A stretch of DNA of 64,000 nt from Bacteroidaceae bacterium. GTDB lineage: Bacteria; Bacteroidota; Bacteroidia; Bacteroidales; Muribaculaceae. Each line of letters opens with the position of its first letter. Position 1 is the first letter of the stretch. Shown here in pieces: positions 55,307 through 64,000 of this stretch. The notes under the pieces are model-generated. The model had not been told where the DNA came from. It made no database searches and saw only the letters and a list, made by a program, of their open reading frames with translations. The stretch covers positions 36,732 to 100,731 of the forward strand of contig CAVDUV010000006.1 of NCBI GenBank assembly GCA_963612465.1, given 5' to 3'. Both the position numbers and the translations under genes were made by a program.

Positions 55307-56284
55307 ATGAAGATGTTCAGCTTTGTAGCCACTATATTGGCTTTGTTGCTGTGTGGCAACAGTTGCCAAGGCAAGAACGGGGCTAGCCCCAATGATGCCG
55401 ACACTACCAGTCAGGCAGCGGAAGTGCCGCAGTTTAATGCCGACAGCGCCTATGCCTACGTCAAAGCACAGTGCGACTTCGGGCCGCGCGTGCCTGGCAC
55501 CGATGCCCACAAGCAGTGTGCCGCTTTCTTGGAAAAATCGTTGCGTGCGTCGTGCGACAGCGTTATTATGCAGCATGGCAACGTTACCACATTCGACGGC
55601 AAGAATTTGCTGATAAGCAATGTTATAGGCATTATAAATCCCACAGCCGAACAGCGTATATTGCTCATGGCACACTGGGATTGCCGCCCTTGGGCCGACA
55701 ACGACCCCGATGCGGCAAATCGCCGCAAGCCCGTCATGGGTGCCAACGACGGTGCCAGTGGCGTGGGCGTGCTGCTTGAGTTGGCCCGTGTGATGGGTGC
55801 TCACCGGCCCAGTGTGGGAATCGACATAGTTCTTGTTGATGCCGAGGACTGGGGCGACAGCGATAACGAAGACAGTTGGGCACTAGGCACGCAATACTGG
55901 GCGCACAATCCGCATTATGGCAACGCTAAGCCTATGTTTGGCGTTGTGGTGGATATGGTGGGCGCCACGGGTGCGAAGTTTGGCAAGGAATATTTTTCGA
56001 TGCAATATGCGTCGAGTTTTGTCAACTTGGTGTGGAATGCTGCCGCCACGGCCGGCTATGGCTCTTATTTCACTGCCTCCGATGGCGGGGGAGTCACCGA
56101 CGACCATGTGTCGGTTAACCGCATCACCGGGATTCCGTGTCTCGACATAATCGACATGCGCCCCGACTCACCTACCGGCTTCTACGACGGCTGGCACACA
56201 ACCCACGACACCCTCGACCGCATCGACCCCGCCACGCTGAAGGCTGTGGGGCAGACGCTTGCTCAGGTGATTTACAGTTATTGA
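55307..56284 (+). CDS. M28 family protein, glutaminyl-peptide cyclotransferase-like lipoprotein
   Basis: Lipobox LLLCGNSC from the ATG at 55307. FNADSAYAYVKAQCDFGPRVPGT, HWDCRPWAD, GANDGASGV, DAEDWG. Confidence 0.75.
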   Translation: MKMFSFVATILALLLCGNSCQGKNGASPNDADTTSQAAEVPQFNADSAYAYVKAQCDFGPRVPGTDAHKQCAAFLEKSLRASCDSVIMQHGNVTTFDGKNLLISNVIGIINPTAEQRILLMAHWDCRPWADNDPDAANRRKPVMGANDGASGVGVLLELARVMGAHRPSVGIDIVLVDAEDWGDSDNEDSWALGTQYWAHNPHYGNAKPMFGVVVDMVGATGAKFGKEYFSMQYASSFVNLVWNAAATAGYGSYFTASDGGGVTDDHVSVNRITGIPCLDIIDMRPDSPTGFYDGWHTTHDTLDRIDPATLKAVGQTLAQVIYSY

Positions 56285-56310
56285 CCGACAACTACACACA
56301 CAGAAAAAAT

Positions 56311-58431
56311 ATGACAGTAAAAACATTAGCGCTAATGTGCAGTAGCATGATTATAGGGGCTGGCGCCTGCCAGGCAGCCATAAAATACCCTATGGCAAAG
56401 AAAGTGGCTGTGACCGACGACTATTTCGGCACAAAGGTGGCCGACCCGTATCGCTGGCTTGAAAACGACACTTCGGTCGAAACGGCAGAGTGGGTGAAGG
56501 CTGAGAATAAGGTGACTCAAGACTACCTCAACCGCATCCCATTCCGGAACGACGTGCGCCGTCGCATCACCGAACTTGCCAACTATGAGAAGATGGGCGC
56601 CCCATTCAAGGTGAAGGGCAAGTATTACTATTTCGCCAACAACGGCTTGCAAAACCAGAGTGTGCTCTATGTGAAAGACGCTCTCGACGGCCAGCCGCGC
56701 GTGGTGCTCGACCCCAACCAACTGAGTGCCGACGGCACCGTGGCTCTGCAGCAGCTCAATTTCTCGCACGACGGGCGCTATTTGGCTTATGTGATAACCC
56801 GCAACGGCAGCGACTGGAATGAGATTTATGTGCTCGACCTTGCCACCGGCAACCAACTTGCCGATCATATAAAGTGGGCCAAGTTTACCGATGCCCAGTG
56901 GCTCGGCGATGGCTTTTTCTACAGCGCCTATGATGCACCGGAAGATGCAAAATCGTCGAAAAACGAATACCACAAAGTGATGTATCACCGCCTTGGCACT
57001 CCGCAAAGCGCCGACTATGTGGAATATCGCAGCATGACCAATCCGTTGCTGTTCTACCAGGCTTCGGTGAGCGATGACGAGCGCTATGTGTTTGTTTGGG
57101 AAAGTGGCGGTGAAGGCAATTGCCTATACGTCAAGGACCTTAAAGACCGCAACCCTCACTACGTGCGTCTGGCAGGCGACATGAAGTTTACCAACACACC
57201 GATAGGTGTCGACGGGGGCAAAATATATGTCCACACCAATGCCAATGCCCCATGCTGGAAAGTGGTGGCTTATGATGCCGAAAACTTGGGCGAGAACAAT
57301 GTGGTCGACTTCATCCCTGAAAAGCCGTGGGTGCTGTCGAGTGCCGTGATGGCCGACCACAAGTTTATTGTCACCTACGACCGCGATGCGTCGAATCATC
57401 CATACCTGTATTCGGCCGACGGCAAGGAAGTGGCCGAGATAAAGCTGCCCACATTCGGCTCAGTGGGCTTCAGTTGCAAGAATACGGACAAGGAGGTGTT
57501 CTACACCTTCACGTCGTTTACCACGCCGGCTAGCGTGTATAGCTACGACATTGCGTCGGGAACGTCGAAACTGGTGTTTGCGCCAAAGGTGAAGCTTGAC
57601 CCGGCGAGCTATGTCACTGAACAGGTGTTTTTTAACAGTGCCGACGGCACCCGCATCCCCATGTTCCTTATTTATCGTAAGGGACTAAAACGTGATGGCA
57701 AACGCCCGACACTGGTTTACGGTTACGGCGGTTTCAATATCAGTCTCAACCCGGCGTTCAGTTATTCCCGCGTGCCATTTGCCATGCTCGACATGGGCGG
57801 CGTCTATGCGGTGGTGAATCTGCGCGGAGGCGGCGAATATGGTGAGCAATGGCATGAGGCGGGCACGAAGCTGAAGAAGCAAAACGTGTTTGACGACTTT
57901 ATCGCTGCTGCCGAGTATTTGGTGAAGGAAGGATATACCTGCCCGGGTAAACTCGCTTGCAATGGCGCAAGCAATGGCGGCTTGCTCGTGGGTGCTGTGG
58001 TTAATCAGCGCCCCGACTTGTATGCTGCTGCAGTGCCTCAGGTGGGTGTTATGGACATGATGCGCTACCACTTGTTTACCATAGGGTGGAACTGGGCTCA
58101 CGACTATGGCCGCAGCGACGACAGCAAGGAGATGGCCGACTATCTGTTGCGTTACTCACCGCTGCACACCATCAAGAACGACGGCACCCGTTATCCGGCT
58201 ATCATGGTCACCACAAGCGACCACGACGACCGCGTGGTTCCGGCCCACTCGTTTAAGTATGCGGCCACGCTGCAGGCTTCAAGCACGGGCAATGCCCCCA
58301 AAATCATACGCATCGATAGCAAAGCAGGCCACGGTCACGGCAAGCCCATTGCCAAGGTGATTGATGAGTATACCGACGTGCAGTCGTTTATCATGCACAA
58401 TCTCGGAGTGAAGTACAAATACCGCAAGTAA
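56311..58431 (+). CDS. S9A prolyl oligopeptidase
   Basis: ATG at 56311 gives a signal peptide. DPYRWLEND N-terminal motif, catalytic GASNGGLLVG, later D and H (GHG) region. Confidence 0.9.
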   Translation: MTVKTLALMCSSMIIGAGACQAAIKYPMAKKVAVTDDYFGTKVADPYRWLENDTSVETAEWVKAENKVTQDYLNRIPFRNDVRRRITELANYEKMGAPFKVKGKYYYFANNGLQNQSVLYVKDALDGQPRVVLDPNQLSADGTVALQQLNFSHDGRYLAYVITRNGSDWNEIYVLDLATGNQLADHIKWAKFTDAQWLGDGFFYSAYDAPEDAKSSKNEYHKVMYHRLGTPQSADYVEYRSMTNPLLFYQASVSDDERYVFVWESGGEGNCLYVKDLKDRNPHYVRLAGDMKFTNTPIGVDGGKIYVHTNANAPCWKVVAYDAENLGENNVVDFIPEKPWVLSSAVMADHKFIVTYDRDASNHPYLYSADGKEVAEIKLPTFGSVGFSCKNTDKEVFYTFTSFTTPASVYSYDIASGTSKLVFAPKVKLDPASYVTEQVFFNSADGTRIPMFLIYRKGLKRDGKRPTLVYGYGGFNISLNPAFSYSRVPFAMLDMGGVYAVVNLRGGGEYGEQWHEAGTKLKKQNVFDDFIAAAEYLVKEGYTCPGKLACNGASNGGLLVGAVVNQRPDLYAAAVPQVGVMDMMRYHLFTIGWNWAHDYGRSDDSKEMADYLLRYSPLHTIKNDGTRYPAIMVTTSDHDDRVVPAHSFKYAATLQASSTGNAPKIIRIDSKAGHGHGKPIAKVIDEYTDVQSFIMHNLGVKYKYRK

Positions 58432-58808
58432 CCACCCTAAGGGCCATCTTCACTGGCGGGATGGTGGTAGTGCAAGGCTATTAGGCCTTCAGGTTGGAGA
58501 GCGCTTTGCGCTATTAATGCACTTAGCGTCAACAATATAGGTCGTACAGCGATGTGCGGCCTTTTTTATGACTGACTACGACATTAAACATGTGTTATGG
58601 TCACCGATTCCGCTTGGCTCAAGACTGATGGTGGTTTTAATCCAAGCGGTATGAGCCTGCATAAATGAGCAGGCCGAGCAATGTGGAATGAAGTGCCGGT
58701 GATGGCAATTTACGTTTATTAATTGCCATAAAGGCCCATAATCGCCCAAATTTGAGTAAATTTGCATTCACTACTATATCCTTTGATATATAAAAAAGAA
58801 GAAAAAAC

Positions 58809-59681
58809 ATGGCTAACAACAACCAAAACAATACGCCTGCCTTGCAGCCGGCTCCCGTGTATATAATAACTGGTGCCGCAGGTGCAATGGGCAGTGTGGT
58901 TTCACGCCAACTGGCCGAGCAGGGACACCCATTGGTGCTTGCCTGCCGCCACGTTGAACGCGGCATTGCCTTTGCCAACGAATTAAAGGAATCAACCGGT
59001 AATACCGACATTACTTGCCTGCACCTCGACATGGGGTCGTTTGAAGGTGTGCGTGAATTTGTGCGTGCTTTCAAGCAACTCAACCGCCCGGTGGCGGCGC
59101 TTGTCAACAATGCCGCCGTGCTCACACGCAACCGCGAGATGAGTGCCGACGGATATGAGCGCATGGTTCAGGTCAATTTCCTGGGAGCCGCCATGCTCAC
59201 GCTGATGATAGAGCCTATGGTGGTGCCTGATGGCCACATTGTGCTCACCACATCACACACACGCAACTTTGTGACACTGCCTTTTGAATTCCCGGCAGTG
59301 AGCTCGGTGAGCCGCTTTGTGCCGCTTGCAGTGTATGCTCAAAGCAAATTGGCTCTCACGCTATTCTCGATTTATTTGTCGACCACAATGCGCACACGTC
59401 GCGTGGCCGTCAATCTTGCTGATCCTGGCATCATCAATAGTAGCGTGCTTACCATGAATCGCGTGTTCAACCGTATGAGCGAGCGCATGATGACGCTCGT
59501 GCATAATCCTGAAAACAGCGCAATCTCAATTATGCGTGCGCTCAACACCAAGGACACCGGCTTCATTTTCAAGGGGCTTGAGAACCAAGTCAAGGTCTCG
59601 ACCACCATCAAGAGCCGTGAGGTGTTCCAAAAATTGTGTGAGGATACCATGCGTCTTCTCAAGAAAGAAATTGCGAAGTGA
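58809..59681 (+). CDS. SDR family oxidoreductase
   Basis: Rossmann motif ITGAAGAMGS, NNAAV, YAQSK (YxxxK). Confidence 0.8.
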   Translation: MANNNQNNTPALQPAPVYIITGAAGAMGSVVSRQLAEQGHPLVLACRHVERGIAFANELKESTGNTDITCLHLDMGSFEGVREFVRAFKQLNRPVAALVNNAAVLTRNREMSADGYERMVQVNFLGAAMLTLMIEPMVVPDGHIVLTTSHTRNFVTLPFEFPAVSSVSRFVPLAVYAQSKLALTLFSIYLSTTMRTRRVAVNLADPGIINSSVLTMNRVFNRMSERMMTLVHNPENSAISIMRALNTKDTGFIFKGLENQVKVSTTIKSREVFQKLCEDTMRLLKKEIAK

Positions 59682-59723
59682 TAACGCTTGTGTGAAACTA
59701 TCAAGAGAGACAAACATCATTAT

Positions 59724-60347
59724 ATGGGAAAAATCAAAAATCTGCTTTTCGACCTCGGTGGCGTGATAATAGGAGCCGACCGTGATGCTTGTGTGAGTGC
59801 GCTCACGCGCTTGGGCATGCGTGATGCCGAACAAATGATAGGGCTGTATGTGCAGACGAGCGCTTTCGGGAGCCTGGAGAGCGGAGAAATCTCGGCGGAG
59901 GAATTCCGTGACGAGATGCGCCGTCACTTCGACCGCCCGGTAACCGATGCCCAAATCGATTCGGCTCTCGACGCTTTCATCAGCGGCCTGCCGGTGCATC
60001 GCCTCGAGTCGCTAAGACAGTTACACAGCCGCTATCGCCTTTATGTGCTGTCGAACACCAATTCCATACTGTTCAACGGACGCATAGCAGAGCTTTTCAA
60101 GGGCGAGGGGCTGACCATAAATGATTACTTCGATGGCATCACCACCTCTTATGAGGCCGGGGCATGCAAGCCCTCCCGCAAGATTTTTGACTATGCGGTG
60201 GCCTCGATGGGCATTGACCCGGCCGAGACGATGTTTTTCGACGATGGCCAGGTGAATGTCGACGCTGCAATATCTTTCGGATTCAATGCGGCACTTGTGC
60301 CTGAGGGCGGAGAGTTTGTCGACGTGATGAAACAGCTTGGCTTATGA
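59724..60347 (+). CDS. HAD family hydrolase
   Basis: Motif I LLFDLGGV from the ATG at 59724. LSNTN, KP...IF and FFDDG motifs. Confidence 0.8.
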   Translation: MGKIKNLLFDLGGVIIGADRDACVSALTRLGMRDAEQMIGLYVQTSAFGSLESGEISAEEFRDEMRRHFDRPVTDAQIDSALDAFISGLPVHRLESLRQLHSRYRLYVLSNTNSILFNGRIAELFKGEGLTINDYFDGITTSYEAGACKPSRKIFDYAVASMGIDPAETMFFDDGQVNVDAAISFGFNAALVPEGGEFVDVMKQLGL

Positions 60348-61279
60348 TGCAAGGTGTCATAGGCCCTACCGACAGCCTGCCGCCGCATTCGCTTGCGGCC
60401 ACTATCGGCATGTTCGACGGGGTGCACCTTGGTCATGCCACAGTGCTCTCGGCCTTGTGCAGCCAGGCGTCGCGTTGCGGACTCAAGACGGCTGTGGTTA
60501 CCTTCAAGGAGCATCCGCAAAATGTGCTTGGCAAGGCCGAAACGCCGCTTAAGCTGATAATGCCGGTGAGTGAGCGTGTGGAGGCTATCGGGGCTATGGG
60601 CATCGACTATGTGATTTTGCTCGATTTCACTCCCGAGCTGGCGATGCTCGATTCCACTGAGTTTATGCGGTGGCTCAACAGCCACTATGGTGTAGACGTG
60701 CTTATGGTGGGCTATGACCACCATTTCGGCCACAACCGCAGCGAGTCGTTTGCCGACTATGTGCAAAACGGTGCGGCGTGTGGTGTGCAGGTGGTGAAAG
60801 CACCGGAATACCGCGGGCAATATGCCCCGGTGAGCTCGTCGATAATACGCCGCCTGATATCAAGCGGAAAGGTCGACGATGCCACACGGTGCCTCGGGCA
60901 CGGCTATTCAGTGAGCGGCATTGTGACTCACGGCTTTAAAAACGGGCGGAAAATAGGCTTCCCCACCGCCAATCTCGGCCACATCGACGAGAGCGTGCTG
61001 CTGCCGCACAATGGTGCCTATGCGGCCCGTGTGACTGTGATGGGGCGCCAGTGGCAGGCAATGGTCAATGTGGGCAGGCGGCCCACTCTCGACAATGGCC
61101 GCCAACTGAGCGTTGAGGCCAACATTTTCGACTTCGACCACGATATATACGGCCAGGCTATGACTGTGGAGTTTGTGCGCTTTTTGCGCCTCGAGATAAA
61201 GCTCGGCTCAATCGATGAGTTGCAAAGGCAACTTGTGGCCGACCGCGAGGCGGCGCGCCTCATCCTTTCGAATGGATGA
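60344..61279 (+). CDS. ribF: bifunctional riboflavin kinase / FAD synthetase
   Basis: IGMFDGVHLGH N-terminal motif. C-terminal kinase region GFPTANL ... EANIFDF. ATGA overlap with the HAD gene. Confidence 0.9.
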   Translation: MMQGVIGPTDSLPPHSLAATIGMFDGVHLGHATVLSALCSQASRCGLKTAVVTFKEHPQNVLGKAETPLKLIMPVSERVEAIGAMGIDYVILLDFTPELAMLDSTEFMRWLNSHYGVDVLMVGYDHHFGHNRSESFADYVQNGAACGVQVVKAPEYRGQYAPVSSSIIRRLISSGKVDDATRCLGHGYSVSGIVTHGFKNGRKIGFPTANLGHIDESVLLPHNGAYAARVTVMGRQWQAMVNVGRRPTLDNGRQLSVEANIFDFDHDIYGQAMTVEFVRFLRLEIKLGSIDELQRQLVADREAARLILSNG

Positions 61280-61337
61280 CGGCATGCGGCTGTCTTCGGG
61301 AAAAAATGCTGAATTTAACCAACACCTTTATACAACA

Positions 61338-61994
61338 ATGGATATAATTAATCTGTGTGACCAAAACTCACTTGTGGGTCAGTTTATGAGCGAGCTGCGC
61401 GACAAGAACGTGCAGACCGACCGGCGGCGTTTCCGCACCAATGTGCACCGCCTGGGGCAGATAATGGCCTATGAAGTGTCGAAAAGGCTTGACTATGCCA
61501 CCACACCCACCCAAACCCCGCTGGGCGTGGCAATGACCAATGTGCTCTCGAGCAAGGTGGTGCTTGCCACCATTCTGCGTGCCGGCTTGCCATTCCATGA
61601 AGGCTTTCTGAGCTATTTCGACGATGCCGAGAATGCGTTTGTGAGCGCTTACCGCAAGTATGCCGACGGCGGCGACGACTTCACCGTGCATGTGGAATAC
61701 ATAGCTTGCCCCAATATCGACGGCAAGACCCTGATAGTGGCCGACCCGATGCTTGCCACGGGCTCATCGATGGAGCTGGCCTACCATGCACTGCTCACCA
61801 AGGGCACTCCTGCCCATGTGCACATAGCAAGCGTGATAGCTACCGACCAGGCCATTGACTATGTGCGGAAGCATATTCCAACCGACAATCTGACCATTTG
61901 GTCGTGCGACATCGACCACGAGCTCAATGAGCACAGCTACATCATCCCAGGTCTTGGCGATGCGGGCGACTTGCTCTATGGCACAAAGGATTGA
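61338..61994 (+). CDS. upp: uracil phosphoribosyltransferase
   Basis: PRPP motif LIVADPMLATGSS. C-terminal YIIPGLGDAGD. ATG at 61338 is in frame. Confidence 0.9.
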   Translation: MDIINLCDQNSLVGQFMSELRDKNVQTDRRRFRTNVHRLGQIMAYEVSKRLDYATTPTQTPLGVAMTNVLSSKVVLATILRAGLPFHEGFLSYFDDAENAFVSAYRKYADGGDDFTVHVEYIACPNIDGKTLIVADPMLATGSSMELAYHALLTKGTPAHVHIASVIATDQAIDYVRKHIPTDNLTIWSCDIDHELNEHSYIIPGLGDAGDLLYGTKD

Positions 61995-62024
61995 CCGGTA
62001 GCAGTCATTTATTATTTTAGAACG

Positions 62025-62071
62025 CAAAAGGAAAGCGGCAAGGTGAGTGTCACTCTGCCGCTTTCCTTTTG
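62025..62071. terminator. bidirectional hairpin terminator
   Basis: caaaaggaaagcggca / tgccgctttccttttg is a 16-bp stem between convergent genes. Confidence 0.8.
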
Positions 62072-62098
62072 CCCTTAAGGCTGTTGCCTGTTGGGACT

Positions 62099-62770
62099 TT
62101 ATTTCTTCATGTTCATTCCCAAGCGCACGCCATCGTAGTTAGAGGCGATGTCGCCCACGGCCTCAATCTTTGAGTTGCCAGTGAGCTTGGTGGCTGTCTG
62201 CAGGAGCGATATGAGCTTCTTTGACTCAAACATCAAGCCGATGCCGCTGGTTGTGCGGGTCACATAGGCTGTGGTGCTGAAGAGCAGCGTCTTGAGCTTT
62301 ATGGCGCTTGTCGATGAGTCGTAGGTGTAGGTTCCGCTCAATGGGATTCCTTTTACTTTTGCGCTGAAGTTGTTGTTGCTGTCGAATGTGAAATAAGTGT
62401 TTGAGCTGCTTATTCCCAGATTGTTGTAGGTGGTTTGCAATTGTTCTTTCACCTTGGCTGCCGCTACGGCGCCACCTGCCTTGGCCAGCAGATTCTCGCT
62501 CGTGAATGCGCAACCGGGCTCGCTGTAATACCATGTGCCCACAAGTTGGCTTTGGTCAATCTTCACGCCGCCAATCACCATGTTGAGCAGCTCGCTTGCC
62601 GTGCCGCTGTTGGCAATGCCGCCAATGATGTTGCCCAGCACGCTGCCGGTGCTGCTTGATGAGCTTGAGGAAGAGCTGCTTGTGCTGCCGGTGATGCCCG
62701 ACATTGAGCCGCAACTGCTGCCTATCATGGCCACGGCTGCTGCCATTGCGATAACTGATTTTTTCATCAT
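62099..62770 (-). CDS. DUF4923-like lipoprotein
   Basis: MMKKSVIAMAAAVAMIGSSC lipobox from the ATG at 62770. Ser-rich linker. GTWYYSEPGCAFTSENLLAKAGG is typical of the family from memory. Confidence 0.6.
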   Translation of the reverse strand: MMKKSVIAMAAAVAMIGSSCGSMSGITGSTSSSSSSSSSSTGSVLGNIIGGIANSGTASELLNMVIGGVKIDQSQLVGTWYYSEPGCAFTSENLLAKAGGAVAAAKVKEQLQTTYNNLGISSSNTYFTFDSNNNFSAKVKGIPLSGTYTYDSSTSAIKLKTLLFSTTAYVTRTTSGIGLMFESKKLISLLQTATKLTGNSKIEAVGDIASNYDGVRLGMNMKK

Positions 62771-63118
62771 AATCTCGTTTTTTGTATGTTTTATCGTTCG
62801 GTTTGCAAAATTACAAAAAAACGGGTGAAACTGGTCGCCTTTGTGCCGCAACAATAGACAAACCAATGCTTTTCGCCGACCAAAGCCCGCTGTGGCACAT
62901 TGCTGCCGGTGGGTTGCCGTTACACTTTGATGGGTTATTAACGATATTTTTCACGTCGTGGGCAAGTGAATTGCCCGGCATGCCAATAATTTTGCAAGTG
63001 TAAAAGTTGAGTCATCGGCCTATTTTGACTATTTTTGCATAGTGTGCCGTGCAATGCGCAAGCCTGTGCAGTCAAGGCATGGCCGTCAAGAAGAAATAAA
63101 CAAAAAAACTAACGATAT

Positions 63119-64000
63119 ATGGCAACTAAAGAAAAGACAACAGACCTGGAATTGGGACTTGGCGCTCCTGGCCAGGAACCCGAAACCGCACAGGCAGGCG
63201 GCCGTAAAGCCGTTTCGCCCGAGAAACTCAAGGCTCTGCAGGTGGCTATGGATAAGATTGACAAGACCTATGGCCGCGGATCTATAATGAAGCTTGGCGA
63301 TGACCATATCGAGAACATCGACGTGATTCCCACAGGCTCGATAGGCCTTGATTACGCATTGGGCGTGGGCGGATATCCGCGTGGTCGCATTGTTGAGATT
63401 TATGGCCCGGAATCGTCGGGTAAGACCACTCTGGCCATCCATGCCATTGCCGAGGCACAAAAAATGGGCGGCATTGCAGCAATCATCGATGCCGAGCACG
63501 CCTTCGACCGCTTCTATGCCGAGAGTCTCGGTGTGGATGTGAACAACCTGTGGATTTCGCAACCCGACAACGGCGAGCAGGCTTTGGAAATAGCCGACCA
63601 GCTCATCAGGTCGTCGGCCATCGACATTATTGTCATCGACTCGGTGGCAGCCCTTACTCCCAAAGCTGAAATCGAGGGCGAGATGGGTGAGAGCAAAATG
63701 GGCCTCCAAGCCAGGCTCATGTCGCAGGCGCTGCGTAAGCTCACTGCCACTATCAGCAAGACCAACACCACTTGCATCTTCATCAACCAGCTGCGTGAAA
63801 AACTTGGCGTGATGTTTGGCAATCCAGAGACCACTACCGGCGGCAACGCGCTTAAGTTCTATGCCTCGGTGCGCATCGACATCCGCCGTCTTGGCCAGCT
63901 CAAGGACGGTGAGAATGTGGTGGGTAACCTCACTCGCGTGAAAGTGGTGAAAAACAAGGTGGCTCCTCCTTTCCGCAAGGCTGAGTTTGAAATCCTTTTC
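63119..64000 (+). CDS. recA: recombinase A (3' end beyond window)
   Basis: Hand-translated open frame from ATG 63119 to the window end (294 codons). Walker [28 protein letters not shown]. Absent from the ORF track, presumably because no stop lies inside the window. Confidence 0.95.
   Translation, partial: MATKEKTTDLELGLGAPGQEPETAQAGGRKAVSPEKLKALQVAMDKIDKTYGRGSIMKLGDDHIENIDVIPTGSIGLDYALGVGGYPRGRIVEIYGPESSGKTTLAIHAIAEAQKMGGIAAIIDAEHAFDRFYAESLGVDVNNLWISQPDNGEQALEIADQLIRSSAIDIIVIDSVAALTPKAEIEGEMGESKMGLQARLMSQALRKLTATISKTNTTCIFINQLREKLGVMFGNPETTTGGNALKFYASVRIDIRRLGQLKDGENVVGNLTRVKVVKNKVAPPFRKAEFEILF

Overview
This window looks like a Bacteroidota (Bacteroidales-type) chromosomal segment. Supporting signs are a T9SS C-terminal sorting domain, lipoprotein signal peptides, Bacteroidetes-specific DUF families, TAnnTTTG -7 boxes and a TonB-dependent receptor. 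Most of it is G+C-rich housekeeping DNA: mfd, PBP1A, nadB, frr, psd/pssA, ribF, upp, recA (3' end runs off the window), Fur, an S41 peptidase, an M16 peptidase, a prolyl oligopeptidase, a glutaminyl-cyclase-like M28 protein, several transporters, one tRNA-Ser and two tandem tRNA-Asn. Three regions are not ordinary. (1) 21063-26167 is an AT-rich 5.1-kb insertion bracketed by 126-bp direct repeats. The repeats duplicate the terminator and last 21 codons of a WYL-regulator gene, and no recombinase gene is present. All island genes are on the + strand: an HTH regulator, two small ORFs that fall below the length shown in the supplied ORF track (a 23-aa hydrophobic peptide and a 49-aa four-Cys peptide, each behind an identical 37-bp leader repeat), two paralogous PqqD/RRE-radical SAM-SPASM enzymes, a small TM protein and an amidohydrolase. 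I read this as a compact RiPP-like (sacti/ranthipeptide-type) cassette and consider it the best candidate for an undescribed system. Novelty cannot be judged without database searches. (2) 30099-36029 is a near-perfect 2983-bp-period tandem duplication of a C10 (streptopain-like) cysteine protease lipoprotein plus serpin lipoprotein operon. (3) 14237-20365 encodes a 2042-aa three-module GLUG-repeat surface protein with a T9SS sorting domain. Minor oddities are a secreted N/G/Y-rich low-complexity protein, an 86-bp tandem intergenic repeat and two C9 homopolymer tracts. No CRISPR array, rRNA or transposase was seen.
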